A stretch of 64,000 bases of DNA, taken from assembly GCA_002269645.1 (NCBI GenBank), contig NIVC01000001.1, forward strand, positions 558,001 through 622,000, given 5' to 3'. Made by a program: the position numbers and the translations under genes. This document shows, in pieces, positions 12,235-24,589 of this stretch. The stretch is from Macrostomum lignano. Lineage: Eukaryota. Numbering within the stretch: the first letter of the stretch is position 1; every line of letters begins with the position of its first letter. A model generated the notes under the pieces. It was not told where the DNA came from and made no database searches. It was given only the letters and a program-made list of their open reading frames with translations.

Positions 12235-13064
12235 TAAAATTAAATGTGCAAAACTAGACTAAACTCTAAGTCTAAAGGCAGTCTAATTTAAAAATAAAAA
12301 ATTAAGCTAGGTAAACTTTTTTTAATAAACTAGATTCTCTATCTTCTTTGCCTTCTTAGATTAAAGCTTAGGCATTACTTATCTATATAAAAGTATACCC
12401 CTACCTAATATAATAAATATGGATAGCCATAAATAGTAGGCCAAGCCCCAGCCAATAAATTATAAAAAGCAAAGCATCTAGATATAATTGATACAACAGG
12501 TCCACTACATTAGCAATGTATAGATGTTGGTGAAAAATATTTCCAAAAGCTTGATGGCAAAGTTAAGTAGAATATTATACATAACAATTGCGAGCAGTGA
12601 ACATACATACCTACCTATTAACATTGTATTTTTGAGTGTGCAAGTATTATTTTATATAGTAATAACAGAGTAAAGCTGAAGTCTGGTGCTCATAAATCAA
12701 ATGTTTAAACTTAAAGTTTGTGCAATCAACGAAATAAACCTAAATCTGTCAGAAAACAAGGGATGAAAGGATATAAACAGAGAAAGAAGCAATTATTTAC
12801 AAAAACTGACGGTTGGGACGCGGACATTATTCTATTTTTAGTAACACAAGTTACTTTGCTTCGCATTTTTTATTAATCATGATTCCCCCCAAAAAGTGGA
12901 ATACACGTTTCCAATATATAACCGACATAGGAAAGCCTTAGAGTATAGGGCCCAAATGGTGCCCAAAGTTAAAATCCTTAAAAATGAAAAACGGGGCTTA
13001 CCTTTTTATCAAGATCAGTTGCATTATTAATTAAAGAAATAATAGTTGCTAAATCTTCAACCAT
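6683..13064 (-). CDS. MED26: Mediator of RNA polymerase II transcription subunit 26 (about 407 aa)
   Basis: Exons 13064-13002 (MVEDLATIISLINNATDLDKK, donor AAG|GTAAGC; least certain exon), 9062-8568 (CACTAG|...AAG|GTGAGT) and 7348-6683 (TTTCCCAG|, stop); all phase 0. TFIIS-N/Med26 motif 'LESFPMTRAHLETTRLGKLLNEVRR..LLKGWQPL', a 'KVRSTAELL' segment, and C-terminal 'HILPWVDLD' resembling the Med26_C 'NILPYV.LD' motif (recalled family similarity). Confidence 0.88.
7405..8527. repeat. ~31-bp G-rich minisatellite (GGGGGTCACTGAAGGATCAGGAAGGGGCATT) filling MED26 intron 2
   Basis: Tandem copies occupy about 1.1 kb of the 1.2-kb intron. Confidence 0.95.
9141..9781 (+). mobile_element. Non-autonomous Tc1/mariner derivative with IR/DR ends and transposase HTH remnant
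   Basis: TIR TAGCATTTTGCAGTCAAG...CTTGACTGCAAAATGCTA with TA on both sides (9139-9140, 9782-9783). The 20-bp motif GGGCATTCAAATTAGACAAG occurs three times per end. ORF from 9344, MDNPIRRYVRISREKRDLIIGACQRGDSVAEIANMLDVKRSSVYNIWNKF, is HTH-like; no DDE domain. Confidence 0.85.
10316..10461. repeat. 146-bp near-complete foldback hairpin (MITE-like)
   Basis: Outer arms 10316-10351 and 10426-10461 (about 4 mismatches); inner stems AGTTGCTATTGG/CCAATAACAACT and AGTAGTC/GACTACT. Confidence 0.7.
11056..12098. mobile_element. Degenerate nested inverted repeat, probable old MITE/foldback
   Basis: 11072-11170 is inverted at 11396-11492 (about 80% by eye), and 11056-11080 is inverted at 12073-12098. 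Confidence 0.5.
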
Positions 13065-14312
13065 TGCACGCTTTTCGCATCAATATAAGGCATAGTTCCT
13101 TTTCAGAACAACAGCAGCTCTTGGACCGCCATGGCTTCATGTTCTTAGAATTTGTGAAAATGCGTAGTTTAAAAATCTAGTGCCTTTATAGGTACCTTCT
13201 TAAACAAAATAAAACAACTGTTAATAACATTAAACAAGTGTAAATTAGAAAAGACCAGTCAAATACTTTTTTTAAATTAAAATTTATTACGCTTGCTGAT
13301 TGTAAGTAAAAAACTATACGTAAACTAAAACGGAAGCATAGAGTTACACCCTAATTCGATCACTTTTTTAATAAAGGAATACTAAAGCCTAGAAAGTTTT
13401 TTACAATATAGTGGGGCCAGTAGGCTTAATGGAATAAGTAGAAGAAAAAACAAAGATTTCAATCTACATCATATATATAGAAGCATTTCCATATTGGGAT
13501 TGTAGTGAATTTTTCATTTTCATATTGTTTTCACTTTATTTCATGAGCCCAAAGTTGCAAATACTTACTCTATTATATGAAAATATAATAGAGTAACATG
13601 TTGTGCATGTTAAATTAAAACAATGGTAGTCTTTACTGCCCCAGATCAAATACAATCACTGATTTTGTGACGAGAAACTGATTTTTTCTTATCTTTGCAG
13701 TGTATTTTTTCCAGGAAATCGTGGCCTCCAAAAAAATGCACGATCTTTGAGTTTTACGTCCTGTTAGTCTAGAAGTCCTTGGCCTACACTGCACGGCTTG
13801 ATAGGTTATGTAGCTTAAGTAAAAAGAAATGAACACCTGAAGTTACATGTACAATTCACAACTAGCTCAGTCCTCGTAAAAAGCTATTCGGTACATCATC
13901 TTGCGGTCGCTCGTGGCATGCCACCCAAACTTCTGCATGTTCAGTGTAATAGTGCTACATGTATATATACTCGTACAGATCAGGGAATCGATTTAATGCT
14001 TTCTTACATCTTCTACACGTTAAGAACACATCACTACCATAGGAGAACACCAATATAGTAGTTTTAGTTGTATTTATATGCTTTGCAAGACATACGTCAG
14101 ATGCGCGTTGAATATTTTAAAGATGCATCAAAGTGATGCATTTATTTCAAATGGGCTGGACCAAACAGAAAACGATTAAAAGTGATCTACAATTTTAAGA
14201 ATCCATACAAAAGTTACATAGAAGCTACGTGTTAAATATGTAGTTCCTTAAAAATGAAAAAATCTTGCAGAAAAAATTAACTTTAAGCAGTGCCAGCTAC
14301 TCTACAATTAGT

Positions 14313-16917
14313 TTAGGAGGCGGCTGCCGCAGGCTGCTCATCCGCAGCCGATTCCGTCGCAGAATCCTCAGCTTGACGCGCCCTCAGCGACTTGTGGACG
14401 CTGTCCCGGATATCCTCAACCATGGCGGCGATCTTCTCGCGGGCCTGCTCCTTGGCCTGCTGCAGCGAGCGGTCGCGCACGGCCTGGTAGCGGCGTTCGA
14501 CACCGCCGAGCAGGCCGCGGACCTGGGCGGGCGCCAGGCCGGCTGGCGGCGGTTCCACCCGGCGGCGGCGTTCGCGAAGCGGCGGCAGCGGGCGCAGCAG
14601 GCTAGGCAGCGGCAGCTCAACTCGAGGATTCGCTTGACGGCTTGTTTCGGCCGCGTTGCGCGCCATTTCGGCGCGTGTCGGACGGGGCGCCGCCGCCGGC
14701 GCTGGCCGACTCGGCCGATGCTCGCGATAGGCGGCTCCAGCCTCGGCCAGGGGAGGCCGGCGGCTGTCAAGAGTGATTGGATGATCCAGGAGGTATTGCA
14801 GCGCCTTCACGCTGCCAGCCACATCCTGCGGTAGGGTTTCATCCTCGTCATCATCGACATCACCGAACCTGGAGGTCAGCAGCAGGTCGATGTCGTCTTC
14901 GAGGTTGTCCTCATCTTCATCTTCTTCCTCTTTTTTGTCAGTCTTACTTGCCGCAGCTGCGACAGCGCCTGCCTCAGCGGCCTGGTCCGTCACGGATGTC
15001 AGAAAGACTCCGTCGCCCCAGTCGCTGGCTGTGTCCTCCTCGGCTGCTTCCGCGACTTCTTCGGGCTGCTGTTTCTCTGTTGCGGAGACGCCGCCTTGAG
15101 GCTGCACGGACGGCGGCTGATCGGCGGCAGCGCCGATGCTCAGCAGGAGCCGGTCGACGTTCACCTTTGGCACGGGCGGCACTCGGGTCACCACCCGACG
15201 GCTGGGACGCTGCTCCACTTCGATGCGAGGCTTCGGGCCCTGCGGTGGTGAGGATTGCATGGCTGGATAAGACACTGCCTGAAGTTTATCCTGGTGTCAG
15301 GAGAACTCGGAACCTGTTTTTTCGCAATCCTCTCCAACTGTTACTGGTGAACTTTTACCCTCTCTGATCCTCTCCAACTGTTACTGGTGAACTTTTACCC
15401 TCCCTGATCCTCTCCAACTGTTACTGGTGAACTTTTACCCTCCCTGATCCTCTCCAACTGTTACTGGTGAACTTTTACCCTCCCTGATCCTCTACAAATT
15501 TTAATGATGAGCTTTTACCTTCCCTGATCCTCTTCAAATGTTACTGGTGAGCTTCCCTCCCTGATCCACCCAACACTCTTTGATCCACTCCAACCCTCCC
15601 TAATCCTCTATAACCCTCCCTATTTCCCTTCCACTCTCTTATGCATGTTCAATCAAAATATTTTTCCCTCTTTCCCACAGAGGCAGTGGGAGTTGGGGAG
15701 GTCTAGAAAGGCGGCATAGGAAAAGTGGGTTTTAAGACGAGCAATATACATGCTACACAAAGTGGAGTGTCTTCAACAGTTTAAAGACCTTCACTTAATT
15801 CATCGCTGACAGGTAAAAACATTCGCACCTGCTCAGGCCGGTGGCGCACAACCCGGATGCCCAGTCGGTGGGTGAGCAGCCGGTGCAACAGCGGCAGCTC
15901 GCCGGCCCTGGTCCGGCACAGCGGGTTGTCGTAGATGAGCAGCTCCTTCAGGGACGGCCACAACCCGCTGGCCGTCAGCGCCTCCTCGCGAGTCACCCGG
16001 TTACCGCCTAGGTTGAGCAACCTGAGAGCCGGAAATGGCGCCGGTTTGCCTGGCGCCTGGCGCCTTTCAACAAATCGACGCCCGATAGCGAGCTCGATCT
16101 CGCGCAGATCGAATGGCGCCAATTCGACAAGGGGCGCCGAGGCCGGCCGGTTTAACCGCATCATCTCCAGATTGACCTGCTGGATGTTGCGGTTGAGCTC
16201 GTTGGTGCTGGCCGAGGGCTGGCGCGGCGCCGCATCAGGCGGCTGCTCGGGCGCCATCGGCGCTTCTGCAGCTTCTGCAACAGCTCTCGGCTGCTGCTGC
16301 TGCTGTTGTTGCTCCTGCTGCTCCTGCTGCTCCTGCTGTTGCTGCTCTCTCTCTCTCTCTCTCTCTCTGCACCGCACGTCTCGATGTCAGCTGAGCTGCA
16401 AGAGACGGGGGCGCTAGATGCGCCCCAGCCTGCGAAGAAGGTTGATGGTGAGGCTCGCGTCAACCAGGAGTGCGTCTTGTTCGCCGGGGCGGGCCGCGAA
16501 CCCACGTGGGCAGTCGAAAAGAGCTGCTGCTGCTCCTGCTGCTGCTCCTGCTGTTGCTGCTCCTGCTGCTCCTGCTGTTGCTGCTGCTGCTCCTGCTGCT
16601 GCTGCTGTTGCTGCTCCTGCTGTTGCTGCTCCTGCTGCTCCTGCTGTTGCTGCTGCTGCTCCTGCTGCTGCTCCTGCTGTTGCTGCTCCTGCTGCTCCTG
16701 CTGTTGCTGCTGCTGCTCCTGCTGCTGCTGCTGCTGTTGCTGCTCCTGCTGTTGCTGCTCCTGCTGCTCCTGCTGTTGCTGCTGCTGCTCCTGCTGCTGC
16801 TCCTGCTGTTGCTGCTCCTGCTGCTCCTGCTGTTGCTGCTGCTGCTCCTGCTGCTGCTCCTGCTGTTGCTGCTCCTGCTGCTGCTGCTGTTGCTCCTGCT
16901 GCTCCTCCTGCTGTTGC

Positions 16918-16959
<42 letters not shown>

Positions 16960-19900
16960 TGCTCCTGCTGCTGCTGTTGCTGCTCCTGCTCCGGCTTTTC
17001 CTGAGCAATCCGCTGAGCGTCACTGGAGCTGCCAGCGTCGCGCTCGCCTGTCGAACCGGAAGTCTCAGCTTCCTGGCCTTGGGCCTGCTGCGCCTGCGAA
17101 TGTTTTAAGGCGCTTTAAAGATAACTTTGAACTTCTGTAATCTAACTAATTGGAATGGAAACCCAAACCTCTGATTACCGGAATCTATCACACCGACTGC
17201 TCGGTCCTCATCATGCCACATGTAATGAAGTTATTCACTATGTAAAGTGCAGCCTTCAAAATCTAAACGACTGGGTTGTTATGGCAACGCAGATTTGAAT
17301 AAAACCAGCATCTAAACTCACCTCGCTGGGAGATTTGGCTTCCTGTGCCTCATTCGCAGCCTCTTCGGTGGCGCCGGGCTCCTCAGCGCTAACGGATGAC
17401 GGCACCACAACCGCAGCTGGCGACTTCACTTCCGATGGCGGCGGAACTTCTTTTGCTTCGCTTGCAGCCTCTTTTTCTTCTTCCGAAGACTTTTGCTTAC
17501 TCGGCGCTGCTGGTCGTTCAGGCGAGCGCTGAAAAGCGAGTTTCGAACCCCCGACCACAGTCAGTTCGTCGCCAGCGCCAGATTCGTTGGCCTGCTGCGG
17601 CTGTTTCTGCTGCAGCTGCGGCTTCCTGGCGGAGCTCATCGCCGAGCCTCTGCTGCCGCGGGCGCTCTTGCTGGAGCGCTGTCGGCGAGTCGAGGTCGGC
17701 GAGAGCGACACCGACAGCCCATCTGCGTCCTCCGTCACTCGCAGGTAGGGGATGCCGCTGAACTCGTTCTTCTCCAGGCTGAGCACCTTCAGTCTGCAGG
17801 GGTGCACGAGTTCGATGGCTTGTGAGCTCTCTGTCAGTGTGCGGCTGCCCTTCTGTCAGTGTGTGGTTGCCTCTCTGTCAGTGTGTGGCTGCCCTTCTGT
17901 CAGTGTGTGGTTGCCTCTCTGTCAGTGTGTGGCTGCCCTTCTGTCAGTGTGTGGCTGCCCCCTCTGTCAGTGTGTGGCTGCCTCTCTGTCAGTGTGTGGC
18001 TGCCCTTCTGTCAGTGTGTGGCTGCCTCTATGTCAGTGTGTGGCTGCCTCTCTGTCAGTGTGTGGCTGCCCTTCTGTCAGTGTGTGGCTGCCCTTCTGTC
18101 AGTTTGTGGCTGCCCTTCTGTCAGTGTGTGGCTGCCCCTCTGTCAGTGTGTGGCTGCCCTTCTGTCAGTGTGTGGCTGCCTCTCTGTCAGTGTGTGGCTG
18201 CCCTTCTGTCAGTGTGTGGCTGCCCTTCTGTCAGTGTGTGGCTGCCCTTCTGTCAGTGTGTGGCTGCCCTTCTGTCAGTGTGTGGCTGCCTCTCTGTCAG
18301 TGTGTGGCTGCCCTTCTGTCAGTGTGTGGCTGCCCTTCTGTCAGTGTGTGGCTGCCTCTCTGTCAGTGTGTGGCTGCCCTTCTGTCAGTGTGTGGCTGCC
18401 CTTCTGTCAGTGTGTGGCTGCCTCTCTGTCAGTGTGTGGCTGCCTCTCTGTCAGTGTGTGGCTGCCCTTCTGTCAGTGTGTGGCTGCCTCTCTGTCAGTG
18501 TGTGGCTGCCCTTCTGTCAGTGTGTGGCTGCCCTTCTGTCAGTGTGTGGCTGCCTCTCTGTCAGTGTGTGGCTGCCCTTCTGTCAGTGTGTGGCTGCCCT
18601 TCTGTCAGTGTGTGGCTGCCTCTCTGTCAGTGTGTGGCTGCCTCTCTGTCAGTGTGTGGCTGCCCTTCTGTCAGTGTGTGGCTGCCCTTTTGTCAGTGTG
18701 TGGCTGCCCTTCTGTCAGTGTGTGGCTGCCTCTCTGTCAGTGTGTGGCTGCCCTTCTGTCAGTGTGTGGCTGCCCTTCTGTCAGTGTGTGGCTGCCCTTC
18801 TGTCAGTGTGTGGCTGCCCCTCTGTCAGTGTGTGGCTGCCTCTCTGTCAGTGTGTGGCTGCCCCCTCTGTCAGTGTGTGGCTGCCCCTAGGCCGTGACCT
18901 CTCCGCACTCACTTTCTGAGGGTAGCCAGAGACGCAAACGCCTTGGGATCGGACAGTCGGTTGTCGTCCAGCATGAGGCACTCGAGACTTTGAAATCTCT
19001 GCTGTGCCTCTCTAAAATTGAAAAAAAGAACAATTTTATTGCTTATTGTCTTGCATTAAATGCCAACCAAAAGGACAGCTACGTGTAAATTAATTAATAA
19101 TAGCTAATTAATAATCTCGTATTCAAAAGCATATCGAAGAAGGTTGGCAAACAGAATCAAAAAGCCAATTCTGCTAAAATCATAAATGCTGGCATCAAGC
19201 CATCGTATTTAGAGGCTTCAAGCAAACAGCAATACGCAGGTAAATCGTAATCCCGCATCGGCTTACTTCATTTTGCCGTGGCTGAAAATTACAGTTCAAG
19301 CATTAGAAACACGTTAGTACTATGAGTAGGTGAAATTCATTCTCAAACGCAGCTCCCATCATCACTTCACTCTCACACGCAGCTCACCCGTCAACAGCAA
19401 TATCTGGCAGCGCCATATCTTCGGGCAGTTCAGCGAGTCCGTTTCCACCAGCGTGTAGTCGACGAAGCCGTTTCAAGAGGCCGATGTTGAAAAGATCATC
19501 TTTTGTCAGTTCGTTGTAGGACACATCCAGGAACTGGAAATTGTGGGCGGATTCTAAATTGCTATATGTATAGGGTACAAACTATCAGTGGCTCACTTCA
19601 ATAATGTTACTGGGCTAAAAACATCGCCCAGTCACCTCGACGCCTCACCTCTAAATTAGGAAACGAGTCAGCAGTCAATTGTAGATTTCTTAGTCCGTTG
19701 AATGGGATCTCCAGTTCGCGCAGGTTGGGAAATCCATTCAGCGGCTCTGATTAGAATAATTAGGTAATAGTTTGAAATCATCTTTGCATTTTAAAATTGT
19801 TTCATACTACTTCTTTACTCGCTAAACCAAACATCCGCCTCACTCCGCACATCCACCTCACCCCGCACAGCCACCTCACTCCGCACATCTACCTCACTCC

Positions 19901-21560
19901 GCACAGCCACCTCACTCCGCACAGCCACCTCACTCCGCACAGCCACCTCACTCCGCACAGCCACCTCACTCCGCACAGCCACCTCACTCCGCACAGCCAC
20001 CTCACTCCGCACACCCACCTCACTCCGCACAGCCACCTCACACCGCACATCCACCTCATTCCGCACACCCACCTCACTCCGCACACCCACCTCACTCCGC
20101 ACACCCACCTCACGCTGCTCATCTTGATTTATACTCTAAAATTCCTTTACCCAGTCTAAGCAGATTCTCGCCAGCCTTCAAACTGGTCACACTGTCGAAC
20201 AGCTGCAAATCTTCCTCTTTCACTTCAGTCAGATTCCGCCCGCTGACGTCCACGTGGCAGACAAACGAAGGATCGTCAACGCGAACAACTCGAAGCTGCA
20301 TAATGAATGAGATTTATCAGATCAGATGCGGGACACCATTTCTTCATTGAATAGCCTAAGGACTATCCCACTTGCTGCTTCTAAATCTGAGAAAGCCCCT
20401 AGCCGACCCTGAGTCTGTCACTCTGTCTGACCAGGTAGAATCCATCGAGACAGGTCTGCTCTTCCCCGTCCGCCTGGGTACCAGCTCCGCCGCTGTTGCC
20501 GCGGCCAGAAGATCCGGCAGCTGCCGCCGACTGGCGCTTGCTGGCGCGATGCTGCTTAGACAGCAGTTCGTTGAATCGCCGCCGCTCCTCGGCCTTGTGA
20601 GCAACCAGCCAGGCGCCGTCTGCAGAGCCAATTGTGAATTATTAGCACAATTGTCATTTAATCATGAAAATGGTGTAAATAAATTTAAGCGCACATATCG
20701 AGAAGTGTCTTCAAATTGTACTTTTCAGACAAACTGAAACTTTCTTACTATTAGATTTCCAAAAATACTTAAAATTCTATATGCATGTTTGATATTAAAA
20801 CAGTAAAACTAATCAACGTCTGGAAGTTAATTTTCAAGTTCTGGAGCTACTTTAACAAATTTGAACTTGGTTATAATCAATACACAATGCTTATTTGGCT
20901 TATTAAGATAAAAATATTAGCACTAAGCTTAGTGCATGATAACTTTTTTCAAAGAAATGTGAACAAAATATCAATGAAAATAGGTGATTACCCCAGAGTA
21001 GAAATTATTGAAGTTAACTAAGATTTGATCATACAACATAATGTCCGAATTAAAAAAAATTTAAGAGGGGCCTAAACAGTAAGCATGAAAGAATAAAATA
21101 GTTTTTTGCTGCTTCTTATTGGTTTCACAGAAAAGAAAAAAGCTTTATTTAAAATACTTAGCTTAGCTCTACACAAGCTTAGCTGATCAAAAACTGTAAT
21201 CATGCAAGAAAATTTGGAAATTTTTGGCACTTTTTAATTTAATTAGAAGCTGGATTTCTAAAGCTTTATCGGCCGTCCGCTGTTCAATCCCAAATAGATA
21301 CGAATACAAAAAACAATTTCGCTCGTAGTTCACTGTAGTAAAACCTTATTTAACAAATAAAGTGTACAAGTTCAATGATTTCGAAAAAATCGCATACCTG
21401 ATTCTCCGGCTCTGAGCAGTGGCCTAACAGGGAAATACTGAGCCGAGTAAGCACCGAGCTGGATTCCAGCTCCATCTTCGTAATGGCTTGGAACTTGACG
21501 TTCATAAACTGATAGTGTACTGTTTTTGACGGAATGTGTGACACTAGGGGCCACAAACAT
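14313..21560 (-). CDS. XRRA1: X-ray radiation resistance-associated protein 1 (LRR protein)
   Basis: Exons (minus): ~21560-21398 (start uncertain), 20619-20432, 20295-20151, 19746-19649, 19533-19388, 19011-18913, 17793-17322, 17093-15829 (frame break near 16345-16368) and 15278-14313, all with GT-AG and consistent phases. Diagnostic segments: 'FPVRPLLR..DGAWLVAHK', 'VDVSGRNLTEVKEEDL..SLKAGENLL', 'RFQSLECLMLDDNRLSDPKAFASLATLRKLKVLSLEKN..IPYL', 'PFPALRLLNLGGN..WPSLKELLIYDNPL..LPLL..RLGIRVVR', 'GVFLTSV', 'ALQYLLDHP'. AATAAA at 14146-14141. Confidence 0.9.
15326..15570. repeat. 40-bp minisatellite in last XRRA1 intron
   Basis: CCTCTCCAACTGTTACTGGTGAACTTTTACCCTCCCTGAT, about 5 copies. Confidence 0.9.
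16524..16990. repeat. Interrupted CTG/CTC/TTG trinucleotide tract (coding polyQ/E on minus strand)
   Basis: Only CAG/GAG/CAA-type codons on the minus strand, in frame with the acceptor at 17093. Confidence 0.9.
17826..18888. repeat. 22-bp minisatellite (TTCTGTCAGTGTGTGGCTGCCC) filling an XRRA1 intron
   Basis: About 1.06 kb of the 1.12-kb intron 17794-18912. Confidence 0.95.
19835..20112. repeat. 18-bp minisatellite (CCACCTCACTCCGCACAG), XRRA1 intron
   Basis: Tandem copies; same family as 58483-58900 in the opposite orientation. Confidence 0.95.
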
Positions 21561-22074
21561 TATGATAGTTTTATTAATTTAACAGGATACAACAATTCAC
21601 TACTGCCTGTTGTGATCGTAAACGTTTAGAAGGCAAGCCTCAAGAATAAATAAACTCTAAAATTTTCTATTAAATTTTGCTATCGTCTCAGCCTACTAGG
21701 AAACTCCAAATACGTAAAAGATTTAGAATTTTTGAAATATAATAAATACTTTATTATGACCTAATTTTAAAGATATTTTACTATCTACGTCTCATGAATT
21801 GCAGACCTTGGTATATTTGTTTTACCTGTTAAGACCAAAGATTAATAAAACCGGAAATCAATTACCTAATTAACACAGAGCGAACGAAATCTGTGTCCCC
21901 GGGGATTCGAGGTTAATATCAAAAGGATTATATTTTTATGGAGCTGACGTAATTGGCTTAAACATAAATAAAATCTTTCGACACAAAAACAATGACTCAT
22001 CGATGCTTTCGAGAAAGTTCGAAAAATTGTGCCATTATGGTACCATACGAGTATACAACTGGAGTACATGTATG

Positions 22075-22955
22075 TAGGGATTCCAAAATCCCGACAATTT
22101 ACAATCCCGGGATTGAGAAATCCTGAAATCCCGATGGTTTAAAATTCCGGGATCACTAATCCCGGAAAATCCCGACTCCCAATCCCGGGATCCCGCTTCG
22201 AAGTTCAAAAAAATCCCGGGATCCCGGGATCCCGATATCAAATGTATTGAAACATCTGCATCCAGCTTCCACCACGACCACAAAGTATAATTATGATATT
22301 ATCTAATGATAGCTAATGGTCCAAACTGGTATATTTACGCAATAAACTTCTCTTTGCTTAGTTATTGTACAAGTAGTAGAAATAGAAAATTGTTTGATAA
22401 TGATAAATAATATTTATCCATAAAAGATAATTGATAATAATTGATTACAACAATAATAACTTGTTTTAATATAGGTTATATAGCTAGCTATGCAATATCA
22501 ATATAAATTATCAAAGTGAATGTCATGTTTAATGCCACGTTACAGTGTTAGACATCACGCAACTGACGAACATGTGAAATTAAATTACACCTTACGAAAA
22601 CAAAAAAAATAAATTTCTGCTTAACAAACTGCTCTAACAAATTTTGCTGCTTTTTATGTGTGATTTCGATACAGACATGCAGGCTGCAGTTGTATTATTT
22701 TATATTTTTTAAAGTTGAATCTTTTTTTCATATTTTACATGATTATTTTAGTTGAAAAAAGAGAATTAAAATCAGTTTGAATCCCGAAACAATCCCGGGA
22801 TTTAAGCCTTACAATCCCGGGATCCCAATCCCGCACTGTTGTAATCCCGAGGATCATAAATCCCGAAATTTCAAGTCCCAAAAAATCCCGGGATTGAAAT
22901 CCCGTATTTTGAGGCTACGCTCGTAAATCCCGGGATCCCGGGATTGGAATGCCTA
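22075..22955. mobile_element. hAT-superfamily MITE (881 bp)
   Basis: Ends TAGGGATTCCAAAATCCCG ... CGGGATTGGAATGCCTA; perfect 8-bp TSD CATGTATG (22067-22074, 22956-22963); dense subterminal ATCCCG/CGGGAT motifs; AT-rich non-coding core. Confidence 0.88.
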
Positions 22956-24589
22956 CATGTATGTGATTTTACCATCGATCGTCATAGAAATTTAGCTGGG
23001 AGGCCTTTAAAAGCGACGCATACGAAGTATTTGTCGTATTGACAGTAAATTTAGCATGTTCCTAAAAATAGATTTTGCCGACCAAATTTGTCAATGGCGG
23101 GCAACCCCATTCAGCACTGCGTTCTGATGGTATTTATACTAAACAACAAATTATAAAACGCCGAAATTTTCTAACGCACCCATGCACATATAAATCGTCA
23201 GTTCTAAATGGTGCTCAGATCTCGCTCTGTGTCTTTCCGGCATCACTAACATAATTACTATGGAGCCACACTACGCTAAATTAAAGTCTTGTTGGCACCC
23301 TCGACTTTTGGCACCCCTAGCCGATACATGTACATGTGGCCCGTGGGTTCTAAATTACAGCGAAATTCAAATAAAGGAAAATATGCACCATAGCAACTGT
23401 ACCATCAGAATTGCAACTTTTTTTAACTGTATTAATTCATATCTTCGCGAATTACGCAGTTGATATATGGCGCTATATAAAATATGCGCAGTTCCAATTC
23501 ATTTAGATTAAAAGCAGTGCATTTCCAGGAAAAACCCGATCATCCACAATTGCTATATTACTGTACATCGCGTACATCATGTACTTCTTGCATTCCGGCG
23601 TTTAATTTTGATTTGATTTTTATTTAATTTGTAGTCCGTTTAGCAGCAGTTAATTGTTGTCATGGAAATGCACATGTATAGATGAACATGTTTACATAAT
23701 GTACATGTATTGTTATAGTAAGAAAATTGGTATATAAATAGAAAAATTGCTACAGCATACAAATGATGCTATTGATTTGTTTTTTTAGTTCTGTTTGGAT
23801 TGACACTGTACGAGCATGTTTATTGTTTAATGTTTGGGCGGCTCTTGACTAGGCGATGTTGGCTGGGTGGTTGTGAGCCAAATTAAGTGATAATTTATTT
23901 ATAAATTTAGACCGATTTATTAGAAACTAGGTCTATTTTCTACCCCATGAATAGGATTTCTAAAGCCTGTACATGTATATCCTCTCATGTGTACTGGTTT
24001 CTTCCTTCCCCTACCAAACTCTACCAACCTCCCCTCTCCCCTCTCCCCTGCTCTCCCCTCTATTCTCTTCCCTTTCCGGCCCTCTCCTCTTACTCATTTC
24101 TTCTCTCTCTTCCCCTCTCCTCTTTTTTTCTCTCCTCTCCTCTCTCCCAGCAACACCAAATACACAGAAGAAAAAGTATAAATTTTGGCTAATCTAGCAA
24201 GTTAACTCGTTAAACAGGCAGGTTTGCCAGTTAGACAGCAAAACTCTTAATAAGGCCTAAGGCGGCATTTATTTATCTGCTGTTTGTAATTTCTATTTTT
24301 ATCTACATGTAAGACAGTCAAGTTTAGAAATGCATTGCAGCAGTGTCGCAGTGACATGGACATGTGAAAGGTTTTAAAACCTTTGATGACCATGCAGTTC
24401 GTATTCACTGTTTTTTTCAAAGCAACGTTCTAAAATTAATCAGTGACTTAATTCTATATTTATTTTGCAGTCAAAGTAAAAAAAAAATTTACGGCAATGA
24501 GGTGTTCCCTTTATTAAAAATGCATGACTGATTTTATTTACCTCACTGATCGAACTACTGAGTGGGGTGTTGTTGCTGAGCATCTCTCT

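Noticed and set aside
24541-24583. Possible upstream XRRA1 exon (ATG CTC AGC...GAG|GTAAAT)
   Set aside because: Its phase-0 donor does not join the conserved frame at the nearest acceptor, so it cannot be supported without cDNA.
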